This document shows positions 44,270 to 55,800 of a stretch of 64,000 nt of DNA, piece by piece. Position 1 is the stretch's first letter, and the number at the start of each line of letters is the position of its first letter. The position numbers and the translations under genes are program-made. The notes below the pieces were generated by a model. It saw only the letters and a list, made by a program, of their open reading frames with translations. It did not search any database and had not been told where the DNA came from. Source of the DNA: Basidiobolus meristosporus CBS 931.73 (Eukaryota; Fungi; Basidiobolomycota); the NCBI GenBank assembly GCA_002104905.1, contig MCFE01000073.1, positions 121,180-185,179 of the forward strand. Reading direction: 5' to 3'.

Positions 44270-46648
44270 CTATGCAGAGTCTGAGTACTGATACGCCCTG
44301 TTGATATGGTTGTTCCATTCCTCGGTAACTTCATCGGCTGCAAGAGCCCACTCACGTAGCTCTTCACTCAATTCGCTAATTCTCTTGGGTTGCAGCTCGG
44401 TGGGATCATCAGAAAGATCATAATATGCCACTGTACCATCATTGATCTTCAACAGTTTGTGAGTCCCGTAGCGCAGAGAGGTGGAATAGCCACCGGGTGT
44501 GGCAATGGATAGGGTAACCCTCTTGGGGTCATTGACCCCAGTCACACTGGATCCTTCGTAATCGAAGCTGCCCAACTCCGCTACCGGGTTCTCCTTGAAC
44601 AAGTTGAGCATCGTTGGCAAAATGTCCAAATTGGTCCAATTGCCAAGCACCAAGTTGGAAGCTCCGCGCTGATATAAGGTTTGCAAGCGTCCATCACGCT
44701 TCACTTCAGGTGCATCTTTGTTGATCAAGTTCTTCCTGAATTGCTGCGTGAGGTATTTCTGCACACCGTCGTTCGGGGAATAAAAGAGGAACGGGACGTT
44801 GAAGGCGTATTCGTAGGGATTCTGATGGGCATGCATGATGTGGTGCTCACGTAAAGAGACCCCGTGGTCACCCACAAACATAAACAGTGTCTCTTGGTAT
44901 GCCTTTGGATGGGCCTGTTCGAAGGAATTCAGGAAATTCTTCATGAAATCATCGACATACCGGATACTGTTCAAATAATCATTGACCGGGTCGTCGGGGG
45001 TCTGCAGATAGTTGACTTTTTTCCATCTTTTTGGTTGGCCGTACGGATGATGGGCAACATTATTCAAGTGAGTAAGGAAGAACGGTTTGCCAGCAGCCTC
45101 TTGTTCGCCAATCCAATCGACCATCTTGGGGACGATAATCTCATCCTCGTAGCCAAAGTAATTGATCTCCTCGAACTTGCCGTTGTCGAGTCTGGGGATG
45201 TTAGTGTATTTGTCGAGCACTCCTTCGTTGTCGATTGTTTGCCTATCTAGCACCAGGTCGAATCCAAACTTCAACATCAATTCCCTCTGATTGTCGAATG
45301 TACCATCAGATGTTTGGAAATACGCTGTCTTGTAGTCAGAGTGCTTCTTCAAAAGCTCCGGAAGGCATGTTTGATAGAAGGGATGGGTTCGCTCAGAAGC
45401 GCCTGGAGTGCGAAGCGGCATCATGCCACAGTGTGTAGTAGTGAGAGACTTTAATGTGTATCCCGTCAATGATTTCATATATGGCATATAAAACCCTCCT
45501 CGGCGCATCAAATCCTCAAAGAATGGCGAAACTCCCTTGTCGTAGGCCTCGGTTCCGTTTGGATAAAGCGTCTGGCTACGCTGCTCATCTCTAAACTCCT
45601 TTTCCAAGCGCTCGGAGAATTCGGAGAAATAGTCGAATGGCACAACATCATTACGAGTTGTCTCGAGAATCATGAAGACGACGTTTTTGATGGCGGAGTT
45701 GCCATTCCTCTTTAGGAAGGCAAAATCTTCATCTTGCATGGTAGAGTTCCCGCCAAATCGCATATTTGAGAACTTGGTTAAGAATTCGTTGGTCATCGGA
45801 TACTTGGCGCTGGTAACTATCATCGGGCCGGAATGAGATATGTAGGGATACACTAGCATGATGCACAAGGACTTGGCACCAAAATTGCCATCAAGCTGCG
45901 ACCAAGGAGTCGTAGGTCGGATTGACATGCATACAATGGCGTATATAATTAGGAGAACTCCACAGAATCCGTATGCCATATTTCTCTTGGTGAGCAAGCC
46001 TCGAATTGTCTCGCGTAGATTTTCTCTTGACCAGGAAAACCTGGATGACACTGGGGCAGGCTTAGGTTCTGTCAAGTAGTCACTTTCTTCGTAAAGAGCC
46101 TCCTCTATGGTGAAGGCCTCCTCGACTCTTTCGACGGGAATGTATGATTGAGTCAGGGACACCTTGGACATTCTATAGCGCAAGACTAGATAAAGCGCCA
46201 GCCAGAGAGAGATAAATCCTGAAAACATAAAGGCAAGTAGCGCGAGGTCATTCACAGCCATGCCTGCTTGCGCGGCAGTGACATTGGCCAGAAGGTCGCG
46301 CATGGTGTACCAGTTGAGAAAGGATTGGGATTCGAGATAAAAAGTTACTGTCATCATATTCGCCAGGTTACTCCAAATGACGAGGATGTATAAGAAGCAC
46401 ATGAATATCACCCTCAACCACCGCAACTTCCGGGGCCTACCAGCCAAGTCCAATAAAAACACAATAGCTTGTAAGTACGCCCAGTCCAGGAATAGGGTAG
46501 ATGGCACCCAGAGAACATCACTTGGCTTTCCATAGAAGTAGTCGGAGGCCAAGATTACTTTGGATACAATGCATGAAATGAAAGTGGTAGAGATGTAGGC
46601 CTTCCCAAGGATCGAAGTTCGACCCGCGAAAGGAAATAAGATACTCAT
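44270..46648 (-). CDS. Membrane-anchored alkaline-phosphatase-superfamily protein (sulfatase / LtaS-MdoB-like), intronless
   Basis: Several N-terminal TM helices; motifs FMILETTR, YTLKSLTTTHCG (Thr at the nucleophile position), AHHPY, NSIRYVD and FVGDHG. Confidence 0.8.
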   Translation of the reverse strand: MSILFPFAGRTSILGKAYISTTFISCIVSKVILASDYFYGKPSDVLWVPSTLFLDWAYLQAIVFLLDLAGRPRKLRWLRVIFMCFLYILVIWSNLANMMTVTFYLESQSFLNWYTMRDLLANVTAAQAGMAVNDLALLAFMFSGFISLWLALYLVLRYRMSKVSLTQSYIPVERVEEAFTIEEALYEESDYLTEPKPAPVSSRFSWSRENLRETIRGLLTKRNMAYGFCGVLLIIYAIVCMSIRPTTPWSQLDGNFGAKSLCIMLVYPYISHSGPMIVTSAKYPMTNEFLTKFSNMRFGGNSTMQDEDFAFLKRNGNSAIKNVVFMILETTRNDVVPFDYFSEFSERLEKEFRDEQRSQTLYPNGTEAYDKGVSPFFEDLMRRGGFYMPYMKSLTGYTLKSLTTTHCGMMPLRTPGASERTHPFYQTCLPELLKKHSDYKTAYFQTSDGTFDNQRELMLKFGFDLVLDRQTIDNEGVLDKYTNIPRLDNGKFEEINYFGYEDEIIVPKMVDWIGEQEAAGKPFFLTHLNNVAHHPYGQPKRWKKVNYLQTPDDPVNDYLNSIRYVDDFMKNFLNSFEQAHPKAYQETLFMFVGDHGVSLREHHIMHAHQNPYEYAFNVPFLFYSPNDGVQKYLTQQFRKNLINKDAPEVKRDGRLQTLYQRGASNLVLGNWTNLDILPTMLNLFKENPVAELGSFDYEGSSVTGVNDPKRVTLSIATPGGYSTSLRYGTHKLLKINDGTVAYYDLSDDPTELQPKRISELSEELREWALAADEVTEEWNNHINRAYQYSDSA

Positions 46649-48763
46649 CGTAATGGAGACGGGAACCAAATCTTCTCTCAATTTATATTACAGTTGGCGG
46701 GAATATGTATGATGCCAAATTTGTTGCCGCTGCCATTTATAACTTTAAATCTTCCTATTTGGACGATTTATGAGTACACACATCTTACAAACATACAACC
46801 AAACCGCGCCCATGGCTGTTTTAGGATTTGTCATACGCATACCTGTGGGCTCCAATATTCTTAGCCAGGAATCAAATAAAGGTTATGGCTAGCAGCAATG
46901 GCCAGCTGTATTGCTTCGGCGTATGTGCGAGGGTACACGAAATGTCCCTGATCCAACTGAGTAATAATAGAGCAATGATCAATGTCTACTGAATCATGTA
47001 ACACTGTGGTGAGGTATGTCGCGAGTACAATGTTACTGTGCTGAGGTTCTTGACCACATATCCAATTTTCCTACCCAATCACAGTGCATCTCTCCACATA
47101 ATAAAGGATATTGTGCTTTTGATGGTCTAAATCGATTATATTTTACATATTCATTGATGGATGGAAATGGGTTAATTGGAATTTCCTGATAATTTACGCT
47201 AGGTGTGAAAATTCCGACAATGTTCTGACTTCAGTACCATACCCTCGATTTTAGAAATCTCCGTGCTCATCAGATTGACTGGAAGGCTTTTAACAATTTA
47301 ACTGATCAGGTTGTTGGACAGAACTCGCTTCGTTCTTGCTTCCTTATATGTGTGCGTCGACTCTATTTTAACGGCAATGATCCCTTGTACAGACCGACTC
47401 GTGCCATCCGCATGATTGTTCTGCCAAGCCTTCCCAAAACACTATTGATCCCAAATAATGGCTGTTGGAAGGTTTAAACTAGTTATAGCTTGCCAAGTGC
47501 CTAGATCGCACGTTATTGTTGGTTTGAGAGCCTGTTTATTCTTGAACATTGGTGCTGTGCGGTTGGGGCACACCAGAAGCGAATCATGAATTGGTTGCTT
47601 AGGGCTAGTGTTGGCCATTCAGACTTGCTTTGTTATGGGAGTAAAAGGTGGGTTAGGTAAAAGATGCGATGATATATGGAGAATCACTTCCTCATGCTCG
47701 TTGATTACTACAAGGATTAGGGTTGGTGGGGATGTTTTGTAGCAGCAAAGAAGTGCCATAAACAAATTCCAATTTTTGCCACCTTTCCGTTTTGCAACTA
47801 TATTGTGATATAACAGCTTAGGTCCGTAACAGATTTGCTAGAAACATATCAGGAGATCATTTGTATAATACTAGCTTGCTCCTCATAAACGTCTAAAGAC
47901 ATGTATTAAAGTATACCCAACTGTGCGTCAGTATTCCAAATGAATTAAATTTTACTTGTAGGTTTATTCTGTTCAAACATTCACCAACTACCAGGGCCAT
48001 ATGAGACTGATGTTTCCAACTTCCCCTGCTGGTGTAAATTGACCAGCGGGACGTTGGCCTATCGGATAAAGCATGGCCCGTGTTTACTTTGGAATTTCAA
48101 CATTTCGCTTTATCCATCCTGGGTATCGAGGGCGTCAACACCATTTAGCTATACACAAATTTATAGCAATATTCATTATTCAGGACCTATAGGTAACTGA
48201 TGTAGAATCATCGATTTATATCAAGGAGAATCTAGAAGCGCGTATTTTCATCACCTGCAATACCGGAATACTCCCTAACGGGTATGAACACTACGAGCTT
48301 GTAAATGAGTATCAAGAGGGATCCACAAGAAGATCTGGTCATCAATATGAATGAGGATTTGTAATAGCAAAACCACCCCACTTTGGGGATAAACCCAAGC
48401 AGGCTGACCTTGAGAATGAGTATGAAAGAGCTGTTTCGCACAGAAAGGGCTAATAGCACTACCCGAACCAGACTTGCTTAATTGCCAATAAAGGTCTGCT
48501 TATGTGAGCTTCTTGCCTCTTCTTTTTAAACACTGAAACTGTTTGTTTTACAAAATTTTAGGCGATATCTATGTTTGATTTCATCCCCATCAAGGTACCC
48601 CGATAGATTCAAACTTTTGGAAAGGCTGGAAATAACATCAAAAGTCTTGTAATCCGGTTTGAGCGTATACTTTATAATTCGTCACGGGCATGGGCAGGAG
48701 TTTCCTACACAAACATGGATGTTGAGGATATTGGGAAATGAATGGCATGCTATAAATGAAGGT

Positions 48764-48836
48764 GGCCTCGTAGCTCAGTGGATAGAGCGTCCGCCTCCTA
48801 AGCGGAAGGTCCCAGGTTCGACCCCTGGCTTGGTTA
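48764..48836 (+). tRNA. tRNA-Arg(CCT), acceptor stem imperfect
   Basis: D-arm GCTC-AGTGGATA-GAGC; anticodon arm TCCGC-CTCCTAA-GCGGA; T-arm CCAGG-TTCGACC-CCTGG; followed by TTTT. Confidence 0.85.
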
Positions 48837-48899
48837 ATTTTAGCGATTGCAATACCGGCTTTCTGACTGTATACTTTGCGAAGTTGTTCTATATGTTTA

Positions 48900-50100
48900 G
48901 TTTAGCATAAGAGTTGGCACTACTTCTGATTTGTGACATTGAGAATCAAAACCTGCCCAGTAATATCTTTTCAATACCACTGATCAACATTTATATGAAT
49001 TGTTGAAATAAGCAAAAATAGAAGTGTATGCCTCAATTTTCACATCTCATCATATGCCCATCCTTAACATGTCTTCAATCAGTTTGTGTTCACAACTTGA
49101 GGGCGTATCAACCTGATTCTAGAATACACAAACAAGTAACATACCTGTTGGCCTTATCTTATAAGCTTAGCAAAGGTTTTAAAGTATTTAAAGGCGCATC
49201 CATTGCTATTTTAGCCCTCTGAATATTGCTTACAAGTATTCTCTGAGTGAATAATGGTGTCCCTCAATAAATGGTACAAATTGAGGTTTTGCAGAAATAC
49301 ATAGCTTTCAACACTTATCACCCAGCATTGGTACCAAGATCTCTGTGCAGTCTAGTCCTTGGCTTGAGTGTATCCTTTAGGTATCAATACTGCCTGGATT
49401 GCTGAATAGATCCATCACCGCTATCTGCCTTCAATCTGCTTTTGGTTGATTGGTAACTTCACTAAGCACCTGACTGATAATTGAGTTTGGCCAGATACTC
49501 CACAGCCATTGCAAATCTCCAAACCTTTGTCCCTGGGCTGTGTTGAGTTAAGTCCGCCTATTTGGGACTTGACAGTCTTGACTGAATAGGTAGGCCAAAT
49601 TTTGACACTCAGTTGTTGTCAGAGCTTTGGGAGTATTAGCAGTGATTAGGTGAACAAGCAGATTGAAGTGGTTTTCACTCAGTGATTGATTGAATATAAG
49701 AGTAGTAGTTTCTACTTTTGCAGGGTCTTGGCAAACACAAATACCCAGAATGAGCTATGGAAGGTCTCAAGAGCATGTGCACACAGTGTAGGGCTCTTTG
49801 GACAGTTACAAAATGTACAACATTATTAACATAGTAACTCAGGCTATTTCCAACCATTTTAGAAGCTCTGCTTTATGCTGGTTGGCTTTGAGAAGGTTTG
49901 GAGTTTTAGTACACAAGCAATCCCTGAGCTAGCTCGGCTTCTTTACTTTCGAATTTTAGAGCCCATTGGACTTATTTTCACCACAATAGCCCAAAAATAT
50001 GCATTCACACTGTTTGGGTCCAGTTTCAACTGGTTGTTTTCACGTATGTCATGCAATCAACTAAAATGGAATCAAATAACCCGAGGTACTTGAATACCAT
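48900..50100. other. CpG-poor tract without long ORFs, probable decayed transposon
   Basis: Composition resembles the TE blocks at 41.5-43.5 kb and 52-64 kb. I recognised no domain. Confidence 0.35.
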
Positions 50101-50639
50101 GTCTCGAATGGGACAGAACATGAAGTGTTCTGTTAAAACTCGATTTTTTAAGGTACGCAGCTATAGCAACAGGTTCTACCCTAACATCTTACCAAATCAA
50201 TGGGGGAATATTCTTATTGAATCTCCCAGTCTAGTTTGGATGTTGACACCCACGGTTTGCGTGACGTAGATACCTATGACTTCATGTAATGGGTTAAGTT
50301 ACACAACACTGGATGATTTCGGGTATGGGTTATGTTAGCTAATCTTGTCACTAATCCATAATCATCACCGGATTTCATGTTCAGTTTGGTAAATCCGGCA
50401 TTAAATTCATAAATTTCGGACACTTCAGAAAATCTAACATTAAGTTCACAAATATTAGACTCTATGTACTATCACGTCACGCCGGTATGACATCTTCGAT
50501 GTGTAAGTATCCGTCCCAATATATCAAGTTTTTTACGCTCAGTTTGTATGCGCATGCTAATCTCTGCAACATATAAGCCGGCTTCATTCGTCCATAACAA
50601 CTCATCAAATTCCCTGCCTAGTTCCAATCTCACACAACA

Positions 50640-52094
50640 ATGTTTCGCCCACTACCATTGACTCGCTCGTTGGCCAAGGTTTCAGCCACCACAGTTAGAA
50701 GTTTCTCTTCGGTAAGCATAAATCCTGGTTGACTTAGCTTTGTATCAAGATACTGAGCCAACACTCATTCATCAAGGCCCGTACAGCCGTTCCACCCACA
50801 TCAAACAATATGAGCCATGTTCTCGCTGGCTTCGCTGGTGGGAGTGCTGTCGCAATCGGAGGTAAGAACCTGGCTAAGTTTCATCCTCTCTTCGGTCTAA
50901 CCTTATTTGTGGGTAGGGTACGGATGGTACAAGTACTCCGGGGCCAAGGAGATCGTAACCAAGACGCAGAACTCTCTACAAACTATTCAGGACGTTAAGG
51001 CCAAAATACCCCCACCGGGCGTGCTGGTGAATATCGCGAAAGGCTTTATAGGACCTTTGCTCATCTCCGTTCCAGGTGCTCAGGGCCTACTTGATCATAT
51101 TCAGAAGCTAGAAGATACTCATGGCCCAGAGATCCAAAAGCTCTGGCATGATACCGTCAAGGAGGTATCTGATCTGACAGCTAATGGATGGGATGAGGAT
51201 TCCACCAAAAAAGCCACCGAGGTCATCAAGCGGAGCATCGATCGTGTTCAAGAATTGGCCAAAGACATTGCTTGCGACGCGAGCGAACAATTCTTAAGTG
51301 CTTTCCCTCAAGTAAAGGATGCACTCGGAGGAAGCCTTGAGGAGCTGAAGGAGCTTTCCGGAAAAGGCGGCGATGAGGCCAAGGAGCTCCTTTCCAACAC
51401 GTTCTCAAAAATGAAGAAGATCCTCGATGGAGGAATGAACGAAAACACGATCGAGGAAATCAAAGAGTTAATCGATGAAAACAAACAGGAGGTGATGAAG
51501 CTGGTCAACCAAGCGGGTGAGCTAGCTTGGGATAAAGGAATTGCACTTGCCAGCCCGTTCCTTGATAAAATGCCAGATTTAAAAAAGGAAGTTGAACAGG
51601 CAAAGGACTTGTTGTCTGAAGTCTCCAAAGAGCATGGCCCACAGGTGACGGATATGGTCACTGATCTTGTGTCCCAGCTGAAGAAAATCTCGGAGAAGGG
51701 TGTCAACGAGGAGACCATCAAGGAGGCTAAAACTCTGGTGGAGAAGAAATTATCGGAGTTCAAGGACTTAAAGGGGGAGATTAAGCAGCAAACCTGGCAA
51801 ACGGCTGAAGAGCTTGCAGAACCGGTCTTAAAAAAGGTTCCGGAATTAAAGCAAGTGGTAGATAAAAGCATCAATGAAATGAAGTCTATCGCCGAAAGAA
51901 AGGGCCCTGAAGCATTCAAGATCATCAAGGATACATACGCTGATATTCAGAAGATCGCTGAGAAAGGAGCTAATGAGAAGACCCTCCACGAAGGAAAAGA
52001 GCTGCTAGAAAAGAGACTCGAAGAGCTCAAGAAACTCGCCGATCAAGCCAAAGACGAGGGAAAAAAGGAAGCCAAAAAAGAAATGAAACAGTAG
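50640..52094 (+). CDS. Apolipoprotein/LEA-like all-helical repeat protein with probable mitochondrial presequence
   Basis: MFRPLPLTRSLAKVSATTVRSFSS; spliced GFAGGSAVAIGGYGWYKYSG; four internal repeats ending ..GxNExTxxExKxL. Confidence 0.65.
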
Positions 52095-52699
52095 AGCTTA
52101 CCATATATGTAAAATAAAATCACGTATCATAAATATGGCTTGGCCAGCTTATATGCATTTGCTATTCGAAATATTGATCTGCAGAAGATAGTATGAAGCA
52201 GCTGATTTCCAGTTGAATCATTGTCTAATAGAGCATCAAGATCTCCCGTAGTATTGATGCTCTCATGGACTTCTGAAACACCAATGATTGTTTCCTTTCC
52301 ATAATGGCTGCGTTGAATATGACGAGCACTGTTTCAGAGAGAAAAGTGTTACATTGGTAATGGGTGTATCAGTTATTGTGTAGATTCCGGATGGTAATTG
52401 GCAAGTATCTTTGGGTAGGTTTTGGCTGCTACTGCAGAAATGTGCTCAAATCAACTCACACCTCTACGAATCAGTTGTTTGCTTTCCCAAAGTAAAACGT
52501 TTATTACGTTGCTTGATATTTATTTGTAGGATATTGGAAGTACATGATATTGTGTTCTATTATTTCTGTTTCCTGATTTCCTGATTATATCAAAACCAAG
52601 ATTTGCTAATATTTCTAATCAACGTAGTCCTTGCATAGGAATAGCACCTAAACACTCAGTAAAGACTTCTCAGAGGTCTTTTTTTGTACACTAACCATT

Positions 52700-55600
52700 T
52701 CACAGTATAATCTATCAATAGCTGGTTTGTTGGTAACAGCAATGTTAGCTTGGTTGCCCAAGTCAAAAAAATAACATCATATAGAATGTAAAAGTATTTA
52801 TACTTTTACATGGTCTTGGCATTACAAACATGTAGAATAGGTCAAGGAAGGTCCCAAGAACATGTGAGCAAAGATTGGGGCTGTTTGGACAACTTTGAGA
52901 ATTTTCCTGTTCTGGGTAAATACTCTAAGTAAATCCCAACAAGGAATTTGGTCAGTATTCTCTAGGATATGAAGGTAATGATCTAAGTGACTTAGTTAGG
53001 TGAATATTTAGGTGGAATTCCAAATTTTTTACAACACTCCCACTGAGCTAAATGCTCATACTAACTAGACCTAATTTTGGCCTAAGATATTCAAACTTGT
53101 CTCTTGCTAATGGTTTGGTAAATATGTCTGCAATCATTTCATCTGAAGGACAGTAAACTAAGCTAACTAAGTTATTCTCTATAGCTTCACATATGAAACA
53201 ATGTCTAATATCTATCTGCTCAGTTCTAGCATGAAAAGTTGGATTTCTACCTAATTGTATACATCCTTGATTACCTTGAAATAAAGTAATAGGCGTTTTT
53301 GACATAGGCCTAAATCTGTGAAAAGCTTTCTTAACCACATTGGCTCTATTGTAGCTTCACAGGCTGCAATATACTCTGCCTCTGTGGTAGAAAGTGCTAT
53401 GGTTGGTTGCTTTCTTGAGTTCCATGAAATTGCTCCTTTGCAGTAACAAAAGGTGTATCCTGTGGTGGATCTTCTGTCTTTCAAATTATGTCCCCAATCA
53501 GCATCAGAGTATCCCATAAGATCCTGTTCTGAGTCCTTATAAGTGTATCTTAAGCAGATATCAGCAGTTCCTTGAGGTATCTGAAATCCACTTAACTGCT
53601 ACAATATGATCAGATTCACAGTTCTGATTATGTTGGCTGATAGCTCCCACTGAATATGAGATATCCAGACGGGTTCTAAGCATGATATATAACAGACTGC
53701 CAACCATAGATTGATAAGGAAAGTCAGGGCTCTCAGATGGCACCAAGCTCTCTTGATTTTGATTGAGTGTTGGCCAAGCTAAGGTTTGTCTCATTGTACT
53801 GCAGTTACAGTCTTCCATTTGGTACCTCCTTAGTATATCTTGAATATACTTGGTTTAGCTTAGGGTAATAGTCTGGGTACTTCTTTCTATGGAGAACCTA
53901 ATTCCTAAATAGTAACTGAGTTCTCCTAGATTGGACACCCTGAACTCCTTAGATAGGCTGGATTTAGTCTCTTCCAGTGTTGTTAGATTATTGGTGGCTA
54001 TAATAAGATCATCCACATAAAGAGCTAATAGAACTAGATTTGCTCTATCTGGCTTATAGTATATACTATAGTCAGCATTACTCCTTTTGAAACTCACAGA
54101 TTCTAAATAAGAATCTATCCAACAATTCCAGGCTCTTGGTGATTGTTTGAGACCATATAGTGACTTTTTAAGCTTCCAGACCAAATGGGGGTTATATTGG
54201 TCAGCAAGCCCATCAGGCTGGTCCAAATACACATCCTCATCAAGTTCTCCATTCAAAAATGCAGTTTTTACATCCATTTGATGAATAAAAAACTTATACT
54301 TGGCTGCAATAGCCAATATTAACCCAATGGAAATTAAACTAGGCTACTGATATAAAGGTCTCAGTAAAGTCAAGTCCATTTGTTGGAGAGTATCCTTTGG
54401 CCATAATTCTTGCTTGGTATCTTTCAATTGTACCATAAACCTTGTATTTTGCCTTGAAGACCCATCTGCATCCAATTGGTTTTTGGTTAATTGGTAATTT
54501 GACTAAGTCCCAAGTTTGATTTTCCATCAGGGCCTGATATTCCTCAGTCATTGCAGACCTCCAAAACTTTGTCTGAGGGCTATTTAGGGCCTCTTTTACA
54601 GTCTGGGGCTCATCAATATGGACTGAATAGGCATAGGCTAAGTTTGTACCCGCATTGATATAGTAATTTGGGCAATTTCTTATCTAGTTGGATCTCCAGG
54701 AATTTGTTACTGGAACAATCACTGCTGGGATATTCCTGGGCACTGCTTCAGGCTGAACCACATTGGTAGAGTCCTCTGCAGTGAAAATCTTTCATTGGTT
54801 TGCTCTGATTCAATCCTGACAATTGGTGGACTTGATATCAGATTTTTGTCATCATCTGATGTCATTTTTTGTGAAAATTTGGATTTTCATCAAACAACAC
54901 ATCTCTGGACTTGATAAGCTTCTTTGCTTTGGTATTGATGAGTCTGTATGCTTTACTCTCATTGCAGTAACCTAAAAATATGCATTTTACACTTTTTGGC
55001 ACAAATTTTGACTGATTTTCAGGCAGCTTCTTGGCATATGCTGTACACCCAAATACTCTGAGATGTTCTGCAATTGGTCTGTACCCATACCATGCATCAA
55101 ATGGAGTAGAATCACAAAGTATTCTGTTATAGCGCCTATTTTTAAGGTATGCAGCTGTGGCAACTGATTCTGCCCAGATATCATAGGATAATTTTGATCA
55201 TAGTTCATAGACTTGACATTTCAATTATTGATCTGTTTGCACATTCTGCTACTCCATGTTGTTGTGGGGAGTATGGTACAGTATTCTCTTGCTTTATCCT
55301 ATGAATTTTGCAGAAGTGGATGAAGAGTTTTGAGGTATATTCTCCACATTTGTCAGAGCATATTTTCTCAATTTTTTCACCAGTTTCTCTCTCCACCATG
55401 GTTTTAAATTCCCTGAGCTTAGACAGAGATTTTTCCTTTCTCTCCATGAAGTAAACCCATGTGTATCATGTATAATCATCAATAAAAGTGGTGAAATACT
55501 TCATCTAAGGGCTAATATGACCCAAGTCCTTTGGTATGACACATCCACATATTCTCTAAGTAGCTGTAGCTTCAAATACTGCAAGTTGTAGCTTTAAGGA

Positions 55601-55800
55601 GACTTGGATTTCATACAGTGCTCAGCTGGCATCTTGCTGGCCTTCATCAAGCACTCCACAGGAAAATATTTTCTTCAGCAAATAGATGCACTACAAGGTA
55701 TTAATGACCTAATTAGGGCATCAAATATGGGGAACAACAAAACAAGCATTTCAAAACTGTTCCTACTGCTGCATGACAAGAGTGTCTCTCCACCTATGAG
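52700..55800 (-). mobile_element. Decayed Ty1/Copia LTR retrotransposon (integrase-RT-RNaseH, PPT, 3' LTR; LTR left edge approximate)
   Basis: TFIDDY, PQQHGVAE, HQMDVKTAFLNG, LYGLKQSPRAW, YVDDL, YSDADW, IALSTTEAEY, ADIFTKPL, with many frameshifts. PPT AGTGGGAG (53037-53044) is followed by TGTTG. Confidence 0.92.

Noticed and set aside
46900-48700. Short open frames upstream of the sulfatase-like gene
   Set aside because: No recognisable motif and no consistent exon chain.
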